From an uncultured Desulfosarcina sp. (GTDB lineage: Bacteria > Desulfobacterota > Desulfobacteria > Desulfobacterales > Desulfosarcinaceae): DNA of 64,000 nucleotides. Below are positions 18,801-29,062 of the stretch, piece by piece. Under the pieces are notes generated by a model, which ran no database searches, was not told where the DNA came from, and worked only from the letters and a program-made list of their open reading frames with translations. Each line of letters opens with the position of its first letter. Positions within the stretch are counted from its first letter, which is position 1. A program made the position numbers and the translations under genes. The stretch covers positions 1,760,001 through 1,824,000 of the forward strand of contig CAXXWQ010000003.1 in NCBI GenBank assembly GCA_963674945.2, read 5' to 3'.

Positions 18801-21491
18801 ATGATCTTGAGGCGATACTTTGCGTTCCTGCTTCTTTTGTTTTTTGTTGTCCCGTCCAATACACTGGCCATTGAAACGGTTCGCGTATTGATATTTCCAT
18901 TTGAGATTCATGCCAGCCAAAACCTCTCTTATCTCGGTAAGGACATCCCACAGGCCATTCGAACCTATCTGGAGACAGAAGGGGCCGTGTTCATCGAATT
19001 GGATGATCCTGCTGCCGTCGGTTCGTCGGCCGCGGCAACGGCGATAGATGAATTGCGGCAAATCGGTCTTCGGGCCGGTGCCGACAATGTGATCTGGGGC
19101 AGCCTGACGCGAATTGGCGACCAAATGAGCCTGGATGTCCATATTCTGGAAACGGTGGGAGACAAGCCTGTTGTTACCATCTATCAGGCGGGTTCGGGGA
19201 TGGAAAACTTGAGAGCCATCGCAAATGAGACGGCAGAAAAAATTGCCAATCAATTGTTTCAAAGAAAAATCATAACCCAGGTCCGCATAACCGGAAACAA
19301 ACGCATCGAATCGGACGCCATCGAAAGAGTGATCCGGGTGAAAGCCGGTGATGTGTTGCGCGCCGGTGATCTGGCAAGAGATATGAAAAATATCTATAAA
19401 ATGGGATATTTCGAAGATATCCGAGTGGAAGCGGAAGAGAGGGACGGTGGAAAAGCGGTGATTTTTCACGTTCAGGAAAAGCCGACCATCCGGAAAATCT
19501 CCTTTTCGGGCAACCATGTTGTCAAAGATGAAAAACTTCGTGAAAATTTGAATATCAGTACCGGTTCGATATTGAATATATTCACGATCAAATCCAATAT
19601 CGAACAACTCGAAGCCATGTACAAGGAGAAGAACTATCACAATGTCAAAATCGATTATACCGTAGAAGAAAAAGAAAACAATCAGGGCGACATTCAATTT
19701 GTCATCGAAGAAGGGAAAAAGATCAAAATCAAAACGATCACCTTCCAGGGCAATACGAACTTTACGGACAAACAATTAAAGAAAGTGATCAGCACATCGG
19801 AAAAGGGTTTTTGGTCCTGGCTGACCTCTTCGGGAGAGTTGAACCGCGAGGACCTGAGCCAGGACGTCGCCCGCCTCATGGGCAACTATCACACCAAGGG
19901 ATTCATTCACGCCAAGGTCGCCGATCCTGTCGTCGAATTCAAGGACGACTGGATCTATATCACCTTTAAAATCGAAGAGGGCGAGCGATTCAAAGTGGGC
20001 ACCATCGACGTCGCCGGAGATCTCATACGACCCAAGGCAGAATTGATGCCCAGACTCCAAATCTTCACGGAACCCTATTTCAACAGAGAGACCGTTAGAA
20101 AGGACGTCCTTTCTCTGACCGATGTCTATGCCGACGAAGGGTATGCCTATGTGGAGATCTATCCGCTCACGAAAGAGGACACGGTAAACCATCTGGTGGA
20201 TATCACCTACTCCATCGACAAAAAAGAGAAGGTCTATTTCGAGAACATCGAGATTTCCGGAAATACAAAAACCCGTGACAAGGTAATTCGCCGGGAGCTT
20301 AGGATCTATGAACAGGAACTCTACAGCAGCAGTCGGCTCAAACGAAGTGTCCGAAATCTCCATCGCCTTGATTTTTTCGAAGATGTGAAAGTGGATACGC
20401 CCAAGGGAAGTGCCGAAGACAAGATGAATGTCAATATCGATGTCGTGGAAAAACCCACGGGCAGTTTCACCTTTGGAGCCGGTTACAGCACGGTGGATGA
20501 TTTTTTTATCACCGGTTCGGTCTCCCAGAGGAATCTCTTCGGCAGAGGGCAAATCCTGAAGTTTGGCGGGCAGATCGGGAGTGAATCGGATTATTACAGC
20601 CTGAGTTTTACAGAGCCATGGCTCTTCGACATCCCCCTTTCCGGAACCGCCAGTATCTATCGGAGCGGCCGTGAATATGACACATACGACAGGACCAGTA
20701 TGGGGGGAGGCGTCGGCGGCAGCTACCCCATCTTTGATTACACCCGACTCTCTCTGTCCTATCGATACGATATTACCGACGTCTTCAATATCCAGTCTGA
20801 CGCCTCCGACAATGTCAAGGATCTGGAAGGAAAAAACACGACGAGCAGCATCACCACGGCCGTCACCTATGATTCCCGAGACCGCGCATTCAATACGACG
20901 GAGGGTCAGCGACATCGGATCAGCTATACCTATGCGGGAATCGGCGGTGATATCGGATTCAATAAGATTGTAGGGGAACTCGGCTGGTACATCCCCGTTT
21001 TTAAAGGGCTGGTGACCTTTTTGCACGGCGAGTCCGGATATGTACGCGAAAAAAAGGGATATAAGCTACCGGACTATGAGAAGTTCTACTTGGGCGGTAT
21101 GAACTCCATGCGGGGCTTCGACTACCAGGGAATCAACATTCGGGGGACTTCCACCAGGATCGAAATTAATGATGACGGCGATGAAGAAGTTGTCGAGTAT
21201 GTTACCGAGGAGGGTGGTGAAAAGTATGTTTTGTTCAATGTGGAACTCACCTACCCGCTGTTAGAGGAGGTGGGAATCGTCGGCGTACTGTTTTACGACA
21301 CCGGAAATGTTTATGACAGCGATGAGGACATCGATTTTGGCAGCTTACGACAAAGCGCCGGATATGGTATAAGGTGGTATTCGCCCATCGGCCCCATCCG
21401 CATCGAAGGGGGACACATTTTGGATCCCAGGGGAGAGCTGGGAGAAGATTATGGCGTCAACTGGGAATTTTCCATGGGGGGTACATTCTAA
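18801..21491 (+). CDS. bamA: Outer membrane protein assembly factor BamA
   Basis: POTRA repeats (GN motifs, GNTKTRDKVIRRE), NLFGRG, MRGF, SPIGPIR, terminal F. Confidence 0.95.
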   Translation: MILRRYFAFLLLLFFVVPSNTLAIETVRVLIFPFEIHASQNLSYLGKDIPQAIRTYLETEGAVFIELDDPAAVGSSAAATAIDELRQIGLRAGADNVIWGSLTRIGDQMSLDVHILETVGDKPVVTIYQAGSGMENLRAIANETAEKIANQLFQRKIITQVRITGNKRIESDAIERVIRVKAGDVLRAGDLARDMKNIYKMGYFEDIRVEAEERDGGKAVIFHVQEKPTIRKISFSGNHVVKDEKLRENLNISTGSILNIFTIKSNIEQLEAMYKEKNYHNVKIDYTVEEKENNQGDIQFVIEEGKKIKIKTITFQGNTNFTDKQLKKVISTSEKGFWSWLTSSGELNREDLSQDVARLMGNYHTKGFIHAKVADPVVEFKDDWIYITFKIEEGERFKVGTIDVAGDLIRPKAELMPRLQIFTEPYFNRETVRKDVLSLTDVYADEGYAYVEIYPLTKEDTVNHLVDITYSIDKKEKVYFENIEISGNTKTRDKVIRRELRIYEQELYSSSRLKRSVRNLHRLDFFEDVKVDTPKGSAEDKMNVNIDVVEKPTGSFTFGAGYSTVDDFFITGSVSQRNLFGRGQILKFGGQIGSESDYYSLSFTEPWLFDIPLSGTASIYRSGREYDTYDRTSMGGGVGGSYPIFDYTRLSLSYRYDITDVFNIQSDASDNVKDLEGKNTTSSITTAVTYDSRDRAFNTTEGQRHRISYTYAGIGGDIGFNKIVGELGWYIPVFKGLVTFLHGESGYVREKKGYKLPDYEKFYLGGMNSMRGFDYQGINIRGTSTRIEINDDGDEEVVEYVTEEGGEKYVLFNVELTYPLLEEVGIVGVLFYDTGNVYDSDEDIDFGSLRQSAGYGIRWYSPIGPIRIEGGHILDPRGELGEDYGVNWEFSMGGTF

Positions 21492-21569
21492 CCATTTGAT
21501 CAAGGATACCGTTAGGTGATATGCTTGAGAACTTTAATTCAACGATAGTGACAAAAAAGGAGGACACAC

Positions 21570-22109
21570 ATGCGAACGGCAACCAAATGGACGATTTTGA
21601 CGATCCTTGTGGTCTTTGGCAGCGTGGAAATTGGTTTTTGCGCAGACGTTGCAAAAGTAGGCGTCGTCGAATTCCAGCGTCTGTTTGAAAATTCGGAAGC
21701 AGGAAAAGATATCAAGGAGGAAATTACCGCCCAGGGAAAGAAGATGGAGGCGGAACTCAAGGAAAAGGGCGCTGAAATCGAGGAACTGAAAAAACGTTTG
21801 GAACGGGAAGCGCTCGTGATGAGCAAGGAGATGCGAGAGGAAAAAGAGCGCGAGTTCAGAATTAAAGTAAATGATATCAAAACATTACAAAAAAAATACG
21901 AGGCTGAATTACAGGGCATGCAAAGAAAACTCATGGCCGGGATTCAGTCGGAGACCCTGGCGATCGTCGAAGAGATCGGAAAAGCGGGAGGATATCTTTT
22001 GATCATGGACAAACGCGGTGTTCTCTACTCACCAAGCACCATCGACATCACCGATGAGGTAATAAAAAAATACAATGCCCAGTACGTGAAGAACAAGAAA
22101 GACAAATAG
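21570..22109 (+). CDS. skp: Periplasmic chaperone Skp/OmpH
   Basis: Signal peptide, KVGVV, long coiled coil, DITDEVIK; between bamA and lpxD. Confidence 0.92.
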   Translation: MRTATKWTILTILVVFGSVEIGFCADVAKVGVVEFQRLFENSEAGKDIKEEITAQGKKMEAELKEKGAEIEELKKRLEREALVMSKEMREEKEREFRIKVNDIKTLQKKYEAELQGMQRKLMAGIQSETLAIVEEIGKAGGYLLIMDKRGVLYSPSTIDITDEVIKKYNAQYVKNKKDK

Positions 22110-22115
22110 GGGAAA

Positions 22116-23168
22116 TTGACGACCGTGCCCAATGAATACACCCTGAAAATCATTGCCGACACCCTCCATGGCGAACTCGCCGGAGATGAAACCAAGATTA
22201 TCAGCGGGGTCGCTCCTTTCGAAACCGCAGGTTCGAACCAAATCACGTTTGCCGGCGGCAAGAAATATTTGAAACGGATCGAAGCGTCGAAAGCCGGTGC
22301 CATCCTCGTCCCCCGGGAATTTGATGCCCCCGGAAAAAACCTGATCCACGTGGACAACCCCCAGCTTTCGTTCATTGATGTCGTGAGGCTGTTTCACCCC
22401 ATTGCGAATCCTTTGCCGGGTGTCGATGAACGCGCTTTCTTGGCAGACGATGCGTGCATCAAAGAAAGGGTCTTTGTCGGCGCGTTTGTAACCATTGGCA
22501 AACGCACCACCATCGGTTCCGGATCGATCATTCAAAACGGCGCCTATATTGGCGACGATGTGGTCATCGGTGAAGAGGTGGTCATCTTTCCCAATGTGAC
22601 CATACTGGACGGGTGTTGCATCGGCAACCGTGTTACGATTCATTCCGGTTCCGTGATCGGCAGCGATGGGTATGGATTCGTACAAGACGGCGGAAGCCAT
22701 CATAAGATACCACAGATTGGCATCGTCCAGATCGATGACGACGTCGAGATTGGCGCCTGCAACACCATCGATCGGGCAACCTTCGGTCGGACATGGATTC
22801 AGCAAGGCGTCAAGACCGACAATTTGGTCCATATCGCCCACAATGTGGTCGTCGGTGAATACTCCTTGCTCGTCGCCCAGGTGGGCATTGCCGGCAGCAC
22901 AACGGTCGGCCACCATGCCATCATCGCCGGACAAGCGGGTGTATCCGGTCACTTGAATATTGGTAACCATGTAATCATCGGCCCACAGACCGGCGTGGCA
23001 AAATCCATATCGGACGGAAACGTGGTCTCGTCGGGATCTCCGGCCATGCCCCACAAGACATGGTTGCGGGTTCAGCGCGTCGTTCCGGATCTTCCGGATA
23101 GGATGCGAAAGATCACCGAACTGGAGCAACGGGTTTGTGAACTGGAAGAAAAAGACAAGGCACGTTGA
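22116..23168 (+). CDS. lpxD: UDP-3-O-acyl-glucosamine N-acyltransferase
   Basis: Hexapeptide repeats, IGSDGYGF, KIPQIG, IDRA, KTDNLVHIAHN. Confidence 0.96.
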   Translation: MTTVPNEYTLKIIADTLHGELAGDETKIISGVAPFETAGSNQITFAGGKKYLKRIEASKAGAILVPREFDAPGKNLIHVDNPQLSFIDVVRLFHPIANPLPGVDERAFLADDACIKERVFVGAFVTIGKRTTIGSGSIIQNGAYIGDDVVIGEEVVIFPNVTILDGCCIGNRVTIHSGSVIGSDGYGFVQDGGSHHKIPQIGIVQIDDDVEIGACNTIDRATFGRTWIQQGVKTDNLVHIAHNVVVGEYSLLVAQVGIAGSTTVGHHAIIAGQAGVSGHLNIGNHVIIGPQTGVAKSISDGNVVSSGSPAMPHKTWLRVQRVVPDLPDRMRKITELEQRVCELEEKDKAR

Positions 23169-23186
23169 ATTTATCGGAGGTCTACC

Positions 23187-23621
23187 ATGGAAATTGATAT
23201 TGCATCGATCCTTACGCGTCTTCCCCACCGCTATCCGTTTTTGCTGGTGGATCGGGTGATCGAAGTGATTAAAGGCGAAAAAATCGTCGCGCTGAAAAAT
23301 GTCACGATCAACGAGCCATTTTTTCAAGGGCACTTTCCCGGAAAACCGATCATGCCTGGCGTTCTCATCGTCGAAGCAATGGGACAGGCAGGAGGGCTGC
23401 TCGTTTACCAATCGCTTGCACCGGAAAGTCAAAACCGATTGTTCTATTTCATGGGATTTGACAAGGTTCGATTTCGAAAGCCGGTTGTCCCGGGAGATCA
23501 GCTGATATTGGAAATAGAGATGCTGCGAATGCGATCCAATGCAATAAAAATGGCCGGCGTTGCCAAGGTCGACAAAAATATCGTTGCCGAAGGGCAGTTC
23601 ATGGCCGCATATGGAGAATAA
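23187..23621 (+). CDS. fabZ: 3-hydroxyacyl-ACP dehydratase
   Basis: LPHRYPFLLVDRV, KNVTINEPFFQGHFP, PGVLIVEAMGQ. Confidence 0.97.
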   Translation: MEIDIASILTRLPHRYPFLLVDRVIEVIKGEKIVALKNVTINEPFFQGHFPGKPIMPGVLIVEAMGQAGGLLVYQSLAPESQNRLFYFMGFDKVRFRKPVVPGDQLILEIEMLRMRSNAIKMAGVAKVDKNIVAEGQFMAAYGE

Positions 23622-23622
23622 A

Positions 23623-24393
23623 ATGATTCATCCCACCGCAATTGTCAGTCCCGATGCAAGTATCGGTGAAAATGTGGAAATCGGTGCATACACCGTTATT
23701 GGAGACGATGTAACCATCGGCGACGGCACAACAATCGGGCCCCATGTGGTCATCGACCCCCACGCCATCATTGGTCCGGAATGTCGCATCTTCCAGTATG
23801 CCGCCATTGGCGCCATCCCCCAGGACCTGAAATTCGGAGGAGAGAAAAGTTACGTCAAGATCGGCAAAAAAGTCACCATCAGGGAATTTGTCACCATCCA
23901 CCGCGGAACAAAGCCCGGTGGCGGAATCACACAAGTGGGAGACGAATCTTTTTTAATGGCCTATACCCATATTGCCCACGATTGCAAGGTGGGAACCAAC
24001 GTGGTCCTTGCCAACAACAGCACTCTTGCCGGCCACATCTCCATCGGCAACTTCGCAACCGTGGGCGGTCTGGTTGCCATTCATCAGTTCGTCCGCGTGG
24101 GAGATTATGCCTTCATCGGAGGAAAATCGGCAGTGGTAAAGGATGTACCGCCGTATGTCATCGCCGCCGGAGATCGTGCGACGCTCCACGGACTCAATCG
24201 TGTCGGCCTGAAACGTCGTGGATTCACAGACGAATCCTTGAGTGCCCTGAAAAAAACCTATCGCATCCTGTTTCGATACGGACTCACACTCAATGAGGCC
24301 ATCGAACGCGTGAATGCACAGGTGGAGATGGTCCCGGAGGTGGTAACCTTCATCGATTTTATCAAAGCCTCATCGCGGGGTGTTACCCGGTGA
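23623..24393 (+). CDS. lpxA: Acyl-ACP--UDP-N-acetylglucosamine acyltransferase
   Basis: IHPTAIV, PQDLKF, IREFVTIHRGT, HIAHDC, HQF, GLNRVGLKRRGF. Confidence 0.96.
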   Translation: MIHPTAIVSPDASIGENVEIGAYTVIGDDVTIGDGTTIGPHVVIDPHAIIGPECRIFQYAAIGAIPQDLKFGGEKSYVKIGKKVTIREFVTIHRGTKPGGGITQVGDESFLMAYTHIAHDCKVGTNVVLANNSTLAGHISIGNFATVGGLVAIHQFVRVGDYAFIGGKSAVVKDVPPYVIAAGDRATLHGLNRVGLKRRGFTDESLSALKKTYRILFRYGLTLNEAIERVNAQVEMVPEVVTFIDFIKASSRGVTR

Positions 24394-24450
24394 TGCTCCT
24401 CTTTCAGCATTCGTTCGCTGATAGGTAAGCTGCAGAAAAGACGCAATTCA

Positions 24451-25257
24451 ATGGAAGAAAAAATCGGCCTGATTGCTGGAAACGGTCAATTCCCCATTCT
24501 TTTCTCCAAAACCGCGGCCCGGAAAGGATTGCGGGTCTACACGGCCGCTTATGTCAATGAAGCGGAAAAGGCCCTCGATCACTTGTCGGAAGAGATCATA
24601 TGGCTTCATCTGGGACAGGTGAAACGCCTTATTAACTTTTTTAAGCGACATCAAATCCAGCGGGCCGTGATGTTGGGTGGCGTTCGCAAGACACGATTGT
24701 TCACCGATGTAAAACCCGACATGAAGGCCATTTCGATTATTGCGGGGATGCGGAACACACACGATGACGCCATCATGCGTGCCTTTGCCGACAGTTTGGA
24801 AAAAGAAGGCATCAAAGTCGAGGAGTCTACGTTTCTTCTGCCGGAACTGCTTGCAGCCGAGGGTATCTGGACAAATCGAAAACCGTCGAAATCGGAAAAA
24901 AAAGATATCGCATTGGGCCTTTCCGTCGCCCGTGAGATTGGCCGTCTGGACATCGGTCAGAGTGTCGTCGTCGGAGGCGGCTGCATCCTCGCCGTCGAGG
25001 CCATCGACGGTACGGACGCCACCATTGAAAGGGGGGGAAAGTTGGGAAAAGGGCAGGCGGTTGTGGTAAAGGTTTGCAAGCCCAACCAGGACTTTCGGTT
25101 CGATGTCCCTTCGGTGGGTCTGAAAACAATCGAGACCATGATCCAGTCCGATGTTCGCGTACTGGCAATCGAAGCGGAAAGGACCGTTGCCTTCGATCGC
25201 AAAGAAATGATACGCATGGCCAACGCGAACAACATTGCCATCGTCAGCGTAAAATGA
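24451..25257 (+). CDS. lpxI: UDP-2,3-diacylglucosamine diphosphatase LpxI
   Basis: GLIAGNGQFP, DIGQSVVV, AVEAIDGTD, KPNQDFRFDVPSVG. Confidence 0.93.
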   Translation: MEEKIGLIAGNGQFPILFSKTAARKGLRVYTAAYVNEAEKALDHLSEEIIWLHLGQVKRLINFFKRHQIQRAVMLGGVRKTRLFTDVKPDMKAISIIAGMRNTHDDAIMRAFADSLEKEGIKVEESTFLLPELLAAEGIWTNRKPSKSEKKDIALGLSVAREIGRLDIGQSVVVGGGCILAVEAIDGTDATIERGGKLGKGQAVVVKVCKPNQDFRFDVPSVGLKTIETMIQSDVRVLAIEAERTVAFDRKEMIRMANANNIAIVSVK

Positions 25258-25283
25258 TCGCCATCGAATAGGTGAAAAGGACA

Positions 25284-26240
25284 ATGGAGAAAATCAGAGT
25301 CGGTGTCGTGGGTGTTGGATACCTGGGAAAGTTTCATGCCCAAAAGTACCACCATATGCCGGATGTGGAATTGGTGGGAATCGTCGATACAAATCCGGAA
25401 CAGGGGAAAAAGATCGCCAAAGAGACAGAAACGATGTACTATGGCGATTACCAATCTTTGTATGGCAAGGTCGATGCCATCAGCATCGCCGCACCCACGC
25501 CCGTTCATCACACAATCGCAAAGAATTTTTTAACACATGACATCGATGTGCTGATCGAAAAACCGATCACCAGCGACCTTGCGGATGCAGATGAATTGAT
25601 CAAAATCGCAGCGTCCAGGAATTTGATCATTCAGGTTGGGCATTTGGAACGGTTTAACCCTGCAGTGGTCGCTTTGGAAGGGAAAATCGATCAACCGCGA
25701 TTCATTGAGTCCCACCGTCTTTCCATCTACCAAGGACGCTGCATAGACGTCAGCGTGGTCCTCGACCTGATGATCCATGACATCGATCTGATTTTAAACC
25801 TCGTGCGGTCTGAAATAAAAACCGTCAATGCTGCCGGCATTTCCGTTATTTCGGAGAATGTGGACATTGCCAATGCCCGGCTGGAGTTTGAAAACGGAGC
25901 GGTGGCCAATGTAACGGCAAGTCGTATCTCCGCAAAAAATGAGCGAAAATTGCGGTTTTTCCAGCAAGAGGCCTATATCTCCATCGATTTCGCCAACCAT
26001 AAGATCACGCTCGTACATCCGGATGAAAACGAATCGGAAGGCATCATTCCCGGAATGAAAATCGAAGAAATGCGCTTTGAAAAGGGTGACGCCCTGGACG
26101 ACGAATTAAAATCATTCGTGCATGCCGTCAAGAACCGGCAGGCGCCTCTGGTAACCGGCCAGATGGGACGGGATGCATTGAAAACGGCACTCATCATCAT
26201 GTCCCAAATCCAAGAAACGAGCAAACATCTCCTGTGTTAG
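25284..26240 (+). CDS. Gfo/Idh/MocA oxidoreductase, GnnA-like
   Basis: GVGYLG, EKP, GHLERFNP, DLMIHDID; located between lpxI and lpxB. Confidence 0.85.
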   Translation: MEKIRVGVVGVGYLGKFHAQKYHHMPDVELVGIVDTNPEQGKKIAKETETMYYGDYQSLYGKVDAISIAAPTPVHHTIAKNFLTHDIDVLIEKPITSDLADADELIKIAASRNLIIQVGHLERFNPAVVALEGKIDQPRFIESHRLSIYQGRCIDVSVVLDLMIHDIDLILNLVRSEIKTVNAAGISVISENVDIANARLEFENGAVANVTASRISAKNERKLRFFQQEAYISIDFANHKITLVHPDENESEGIIPGMKIEEMRFEKGDALDDELKSFVHAVKNRQAPLVTGQMGRDALKTALIIMSQIQETSKHLLC

Positions 26241-26259
26241 TCCGAGGTATCGAATGTAA

Positions 26260-27474
26260 ATGTCTATGAAACGCATAATGATTATCGCCGGTGAGGCGTC
26301 GGGCGACATGCATGGTGCCCATCTGGCCCGTGCAATAAAACAGCGTGACGATAAAACGTTTCTCTTCGGCGTCGGTGGAAAGGCCATGGCCCGTGAGGGG
26401 GTATCGCTGCTCGTCGACGCAGACACACTCTCCGTAGTGGGAATAACAGAAGTATTGACCCGGCTAAAGACCATCTACGGCGCCATGTCCACCGTAAAAA
26501 AGGCCATCGCCCGGCTTTCCCCGGACTTGTTGATCTGCATCGATTTTCCCGATTTCAACTTCCATGTCGCGGCGGCTGCGAAACGGCGCAACATTCCCGT
26601 ACTATACTATATCAGCCCGCAAATCTGGGCGTGGCGCCAAAACCGGGTAAAAAAAATCAAGCGACTGGTCGACCACATGGCGGTCATTTTCCCATTTGAA
26701 GCAAAGTTTTACGAAGAACACCATGTTCCGGTCACCTTCGTCGGCCATCCCTTCCTGGATATCATCTCCCCGCCAACCGACGAGACGCCTGGAACCGATG
26801 AAACGGCGATAACCATTGGCCTGGTTCCCGGATCAAGGGAAAAAGAGGTGACGACGCTGCTTCCCGTGATGCTGAAGGCGGCAAAAATCATAAATCGGAT
26901 GGGACCGGCTGTTCGGTTCGTTGTTTCCTGCGCCCAATCCGTTGACGAAACCTTGGTGTCGGACATCGTCACTTCTTTTAACACAGAACTCCCCATTGAG
27001 GTCATCAACGGTCCAGTGACAGGCGTCTTTAAAAAGTGTCGGCTGGTCGTTGCCGCTTCCGGCACCGTCACTTTGGAAGCAGCACTGCATGGCGTGGTTC
27101 CGGTGATCGTCTATAAGGTTTCGCCCATGAGCTACTGGTTGGGAAAACGGCTCATCAAAGTAAGACACATCGGCATTGTCAACCTTATCGTCCAAAGAGA
27201 ATTGCTTCCCGAATTGATCCAAGACGAGGCGTCACCTGAAAAGATCGCCGATACGGTCCATTCCGTCATCAGCGATCCACAGCGATTACAAGAGACGAGA
27301 AAGGAGATGCTGCGTATCAGAGAACTTCTCGGTGGTCCGGGCGCATCGGATCGGGTGGCCCGAATCGCATTGCATTTGTGTAAGGGAAAGGATGCCGGCC
27401 AGGATCGGAATAAAAAAAATGCCCCTGATGGCTACATCAGAGGCATTTTGGCAAGGGCTTTTAAAAAAGGATAA
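26260..27474 (+). CDS. lpxB: Lipid-A-disaccharide synthase
   Basis: AGEASGD, IDFPDFN, YISPQIWAWR, FVGHP, PGSR, ASGTVTLE, PELIQ. Confidence 0.96.
   Translation: MSMKRIMIIAGEASGDMHGAHLARAIKQRDDKTFLFGVGGKAMAREGVSLLVDADTLSVVGITEVLTRLKTIYGAMSTVKKAIARLSPDLLICIDFPDFNFHVAAAAKRRNIPVLYYISPQIWAWRQNRVKKIKRLVDHMAVIFPFEAKFYEEHHVPVTFVGHPFLDIISPPTDETPGTDETAITIGLVPGSREKEVTTLLPVMLKAAKIINRMGPAVRFVVSCAQSVDETLVSDIVTSFNTELPIEVINGPVTGVFKKCRLVVAASGTVTLEAALHGVVPVIVYKVSPMSYWLGKRLIKVRHIGIVNLIVQRELLPELIQDEASPEKIADTVHSVISDPQRLQETRKEMLRIRELLGGPGASDRVARIALHLCKGKDAGQDRNKKNAPDGYIRGILARAFKKG
27412..27449 (-). terminator. Intrinsic terminator of the minus-strand surface-protein gene
   Basis: Minus strand AAAATGCCTCTGATG-TAGC-CATCAGGGGCATTTTTTTT: hairpin plus T-run about 30 nt after the stop at 27480. 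Confidence 0.7.
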
Positions 27475-27479
27475 CCTGA

Positions 27480-29003
27480 CTATTTTTTCAGTCGAACGCG
27501 CTGAGGGATAAGTGCCGTCAAAAGAAGAAACATTGCCAATGTGGCCAGCATGATGATGATGGATTTGGCCGAAAAGCAAGAGGAGACACGAACCCCATCG
27601 GTGCCTGCATTGATAAAACACCCTCCGCCACCGGCTGCACCAACGTCACCCGTTGATATCATATCTGAAGAGGAGGAAATGGCTTCGATACCCGTGGGAT
27701 CTACAATCACGCCGTTTTGCACGCCGTCGTCGTCGCCCCGGCCACCGTCCTCAAGATCTATTGTGACACTCTTTCCGTCGGGTGAGAAAACCGCATTTGT
27801 AAACTCCTCCCAACCGGTATCGGTGAAGTATTTGTAAAGCTTTCCATCGCCATCGATCGCATCGGAGAAATGGATGGTTACGCTCGCAGACGTGACCCCC
27901 TCATCGAGGAATAGTTTGAAACCAACCAGGCCAAATCCCATTGTCACCGACTGATCCGAAAGATTTGCCGTTGGAATGGACGCAACGGCCATCAAGGTAG
28001 CTCCCTCGGATACGGTTTCAACACCGACGATGGCCTCTCCTTCCACCGAATGCAACGTCAGGATGTCGTCTTCCAATGAATCCGGTGTACCGTCTTCGTT
28101 AATATCCACGGAGTCATCCACCTCAAGGGCGTCCGGAATACCGTTGACATCCACATCAGCCGAAAGCTCTGCCGGAATCGTGGTAAAAGATCCGACTTCG
28201 GACCAATCCGATGCACCACCGCGGGAATCGATATACCGTACCCGCCAGTAATACTGCGTATCGACATCGAGGAACAGTTCACCAACGGCGTAGCTTGTCA
28301 GTTGTACTCCGCAGGTATTATCCAGCGTCAGCAGTGAAAAGTCCGATTCGGTGCTGATCTGCCAGCGGCTGTAGGCATGCTCGTCGCCATCGATATCGGA
28401 GAAGATGCCTGAAATAAGAACGGGTGTCAGCGATACCGGATCGACCGGAACGATCGTTTCGATTACCGGAGCATCCGGGACCTGATTGTCAGGACTGTTC
28501 ATTGGATCGGTATGATGTTCATACTCTTCCAGGTTCGTCATGCCATCGCCGTCTGAATCCATGTCGGCGTCGTCGACAAAAGGATCGAGGCCGTATTCAA
28601 TTTCCCAGGCATCGGGCATGCCATCATTGTCATCGTCTTGGTCCAGATCATCGGAGATTCCGTCACCGTCATTATCCGCGATGGCGCTCTCGGGGGTGTA
28701 GGAAACTTCAGCTGAATCTGCACTTTCCAGATCACCCTCAAAGGCGCGAACGACAAAATGATAGGTTACGCCCACCACGAGGCCCGATAATGAACACGTG
28801 GTGACGCTGTCTTCCCAAATGGGATGGTCATAGTCGTAATCTTGGCTGTTCTCCCGAACGAAGACCCGATATCCGTCGGGGGTGGGATCGTTGGCATCCC
28901 AGCGAAGCGATACGGAAGCACCGTATGCGTGTGTCACACCGATCATGATGATCGTGATGAAAATGAAAAAAAACCGAAAACTCTTTGTACCAAACTGTGT
29001 CAT
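27480..29003 (-). CDS. Secreted/surface protein: FN3, DxDxDG Ca-binding repeats, second FN3-like domain, choice-of-anchor U-like domain, GGGGCFI C-terminal anchor
   Basis: Signal peptide; LRWD..GYRV..YHFVVRAF..ES; DNDGDG/DDDNDGMPD/DSDGDG; YYWRVRY; DGGRGDDDG..NGVIVDP; GGGGCFI followed by a TM helix and RVRLKK. Start at 29003 with a GGGAGA SD. Confidence 0.8.
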   Translation of the reverse strand: MTQFGTKSFRFFFIFITIIMIGVTHAYGASVSLRWDANDPTPDGYRVFVRENSQDYDYDHPIWEDSVTTCSLSGLVVGVTYHFVVRAFEGDLESADSAEVSYTPESAIADNDGDGISDDLDQDDDNDGMPDAWEIEYGLDPFVDDADMDSDGDGMTNLEEYEHHTDPMNSPDNQVPDAPVIETIVPVDPVSLTPVLISGIFSDIDGDEHAYSRWQISTESDFSLLTLDNTCGVQLTSYAVGELFLDVDTQYYWRVRYIDSRGGASDWSEVGSFTTIPAELSADVDVNGIPDALEVDDSVDINEDGTPDSLEDDILTLHSVEGEAIVGVETVSEGATLMAVASIPTANLSDQSVTMGFGLVGFKLFLDEGVTSASVTIHFSDAIDGDGKLYKYFTDTGWEEFTNAVFSPDGKSVTIDLEDGGRGDDDGVQNGVIVDPTGIEAISSSSDMISTGDVGAAGGGGCFINAGTDGVRVSSCFSAKSIIIMLATLAMFLLLTALIPQRVRLKK

Positions 29004-29062
29004 AATGCATCTCCCTTGTTCTCTACCGTGCGACCAGCAGCGAATTTGAGAGATGCTGTGTT

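Noticed and set aside
18750..23432. Long antisense ORFs (341, 416 and 467 aa)
   Set aside because: They are shadows of bamA, lpxD and fabZ with no recognisable motifs.
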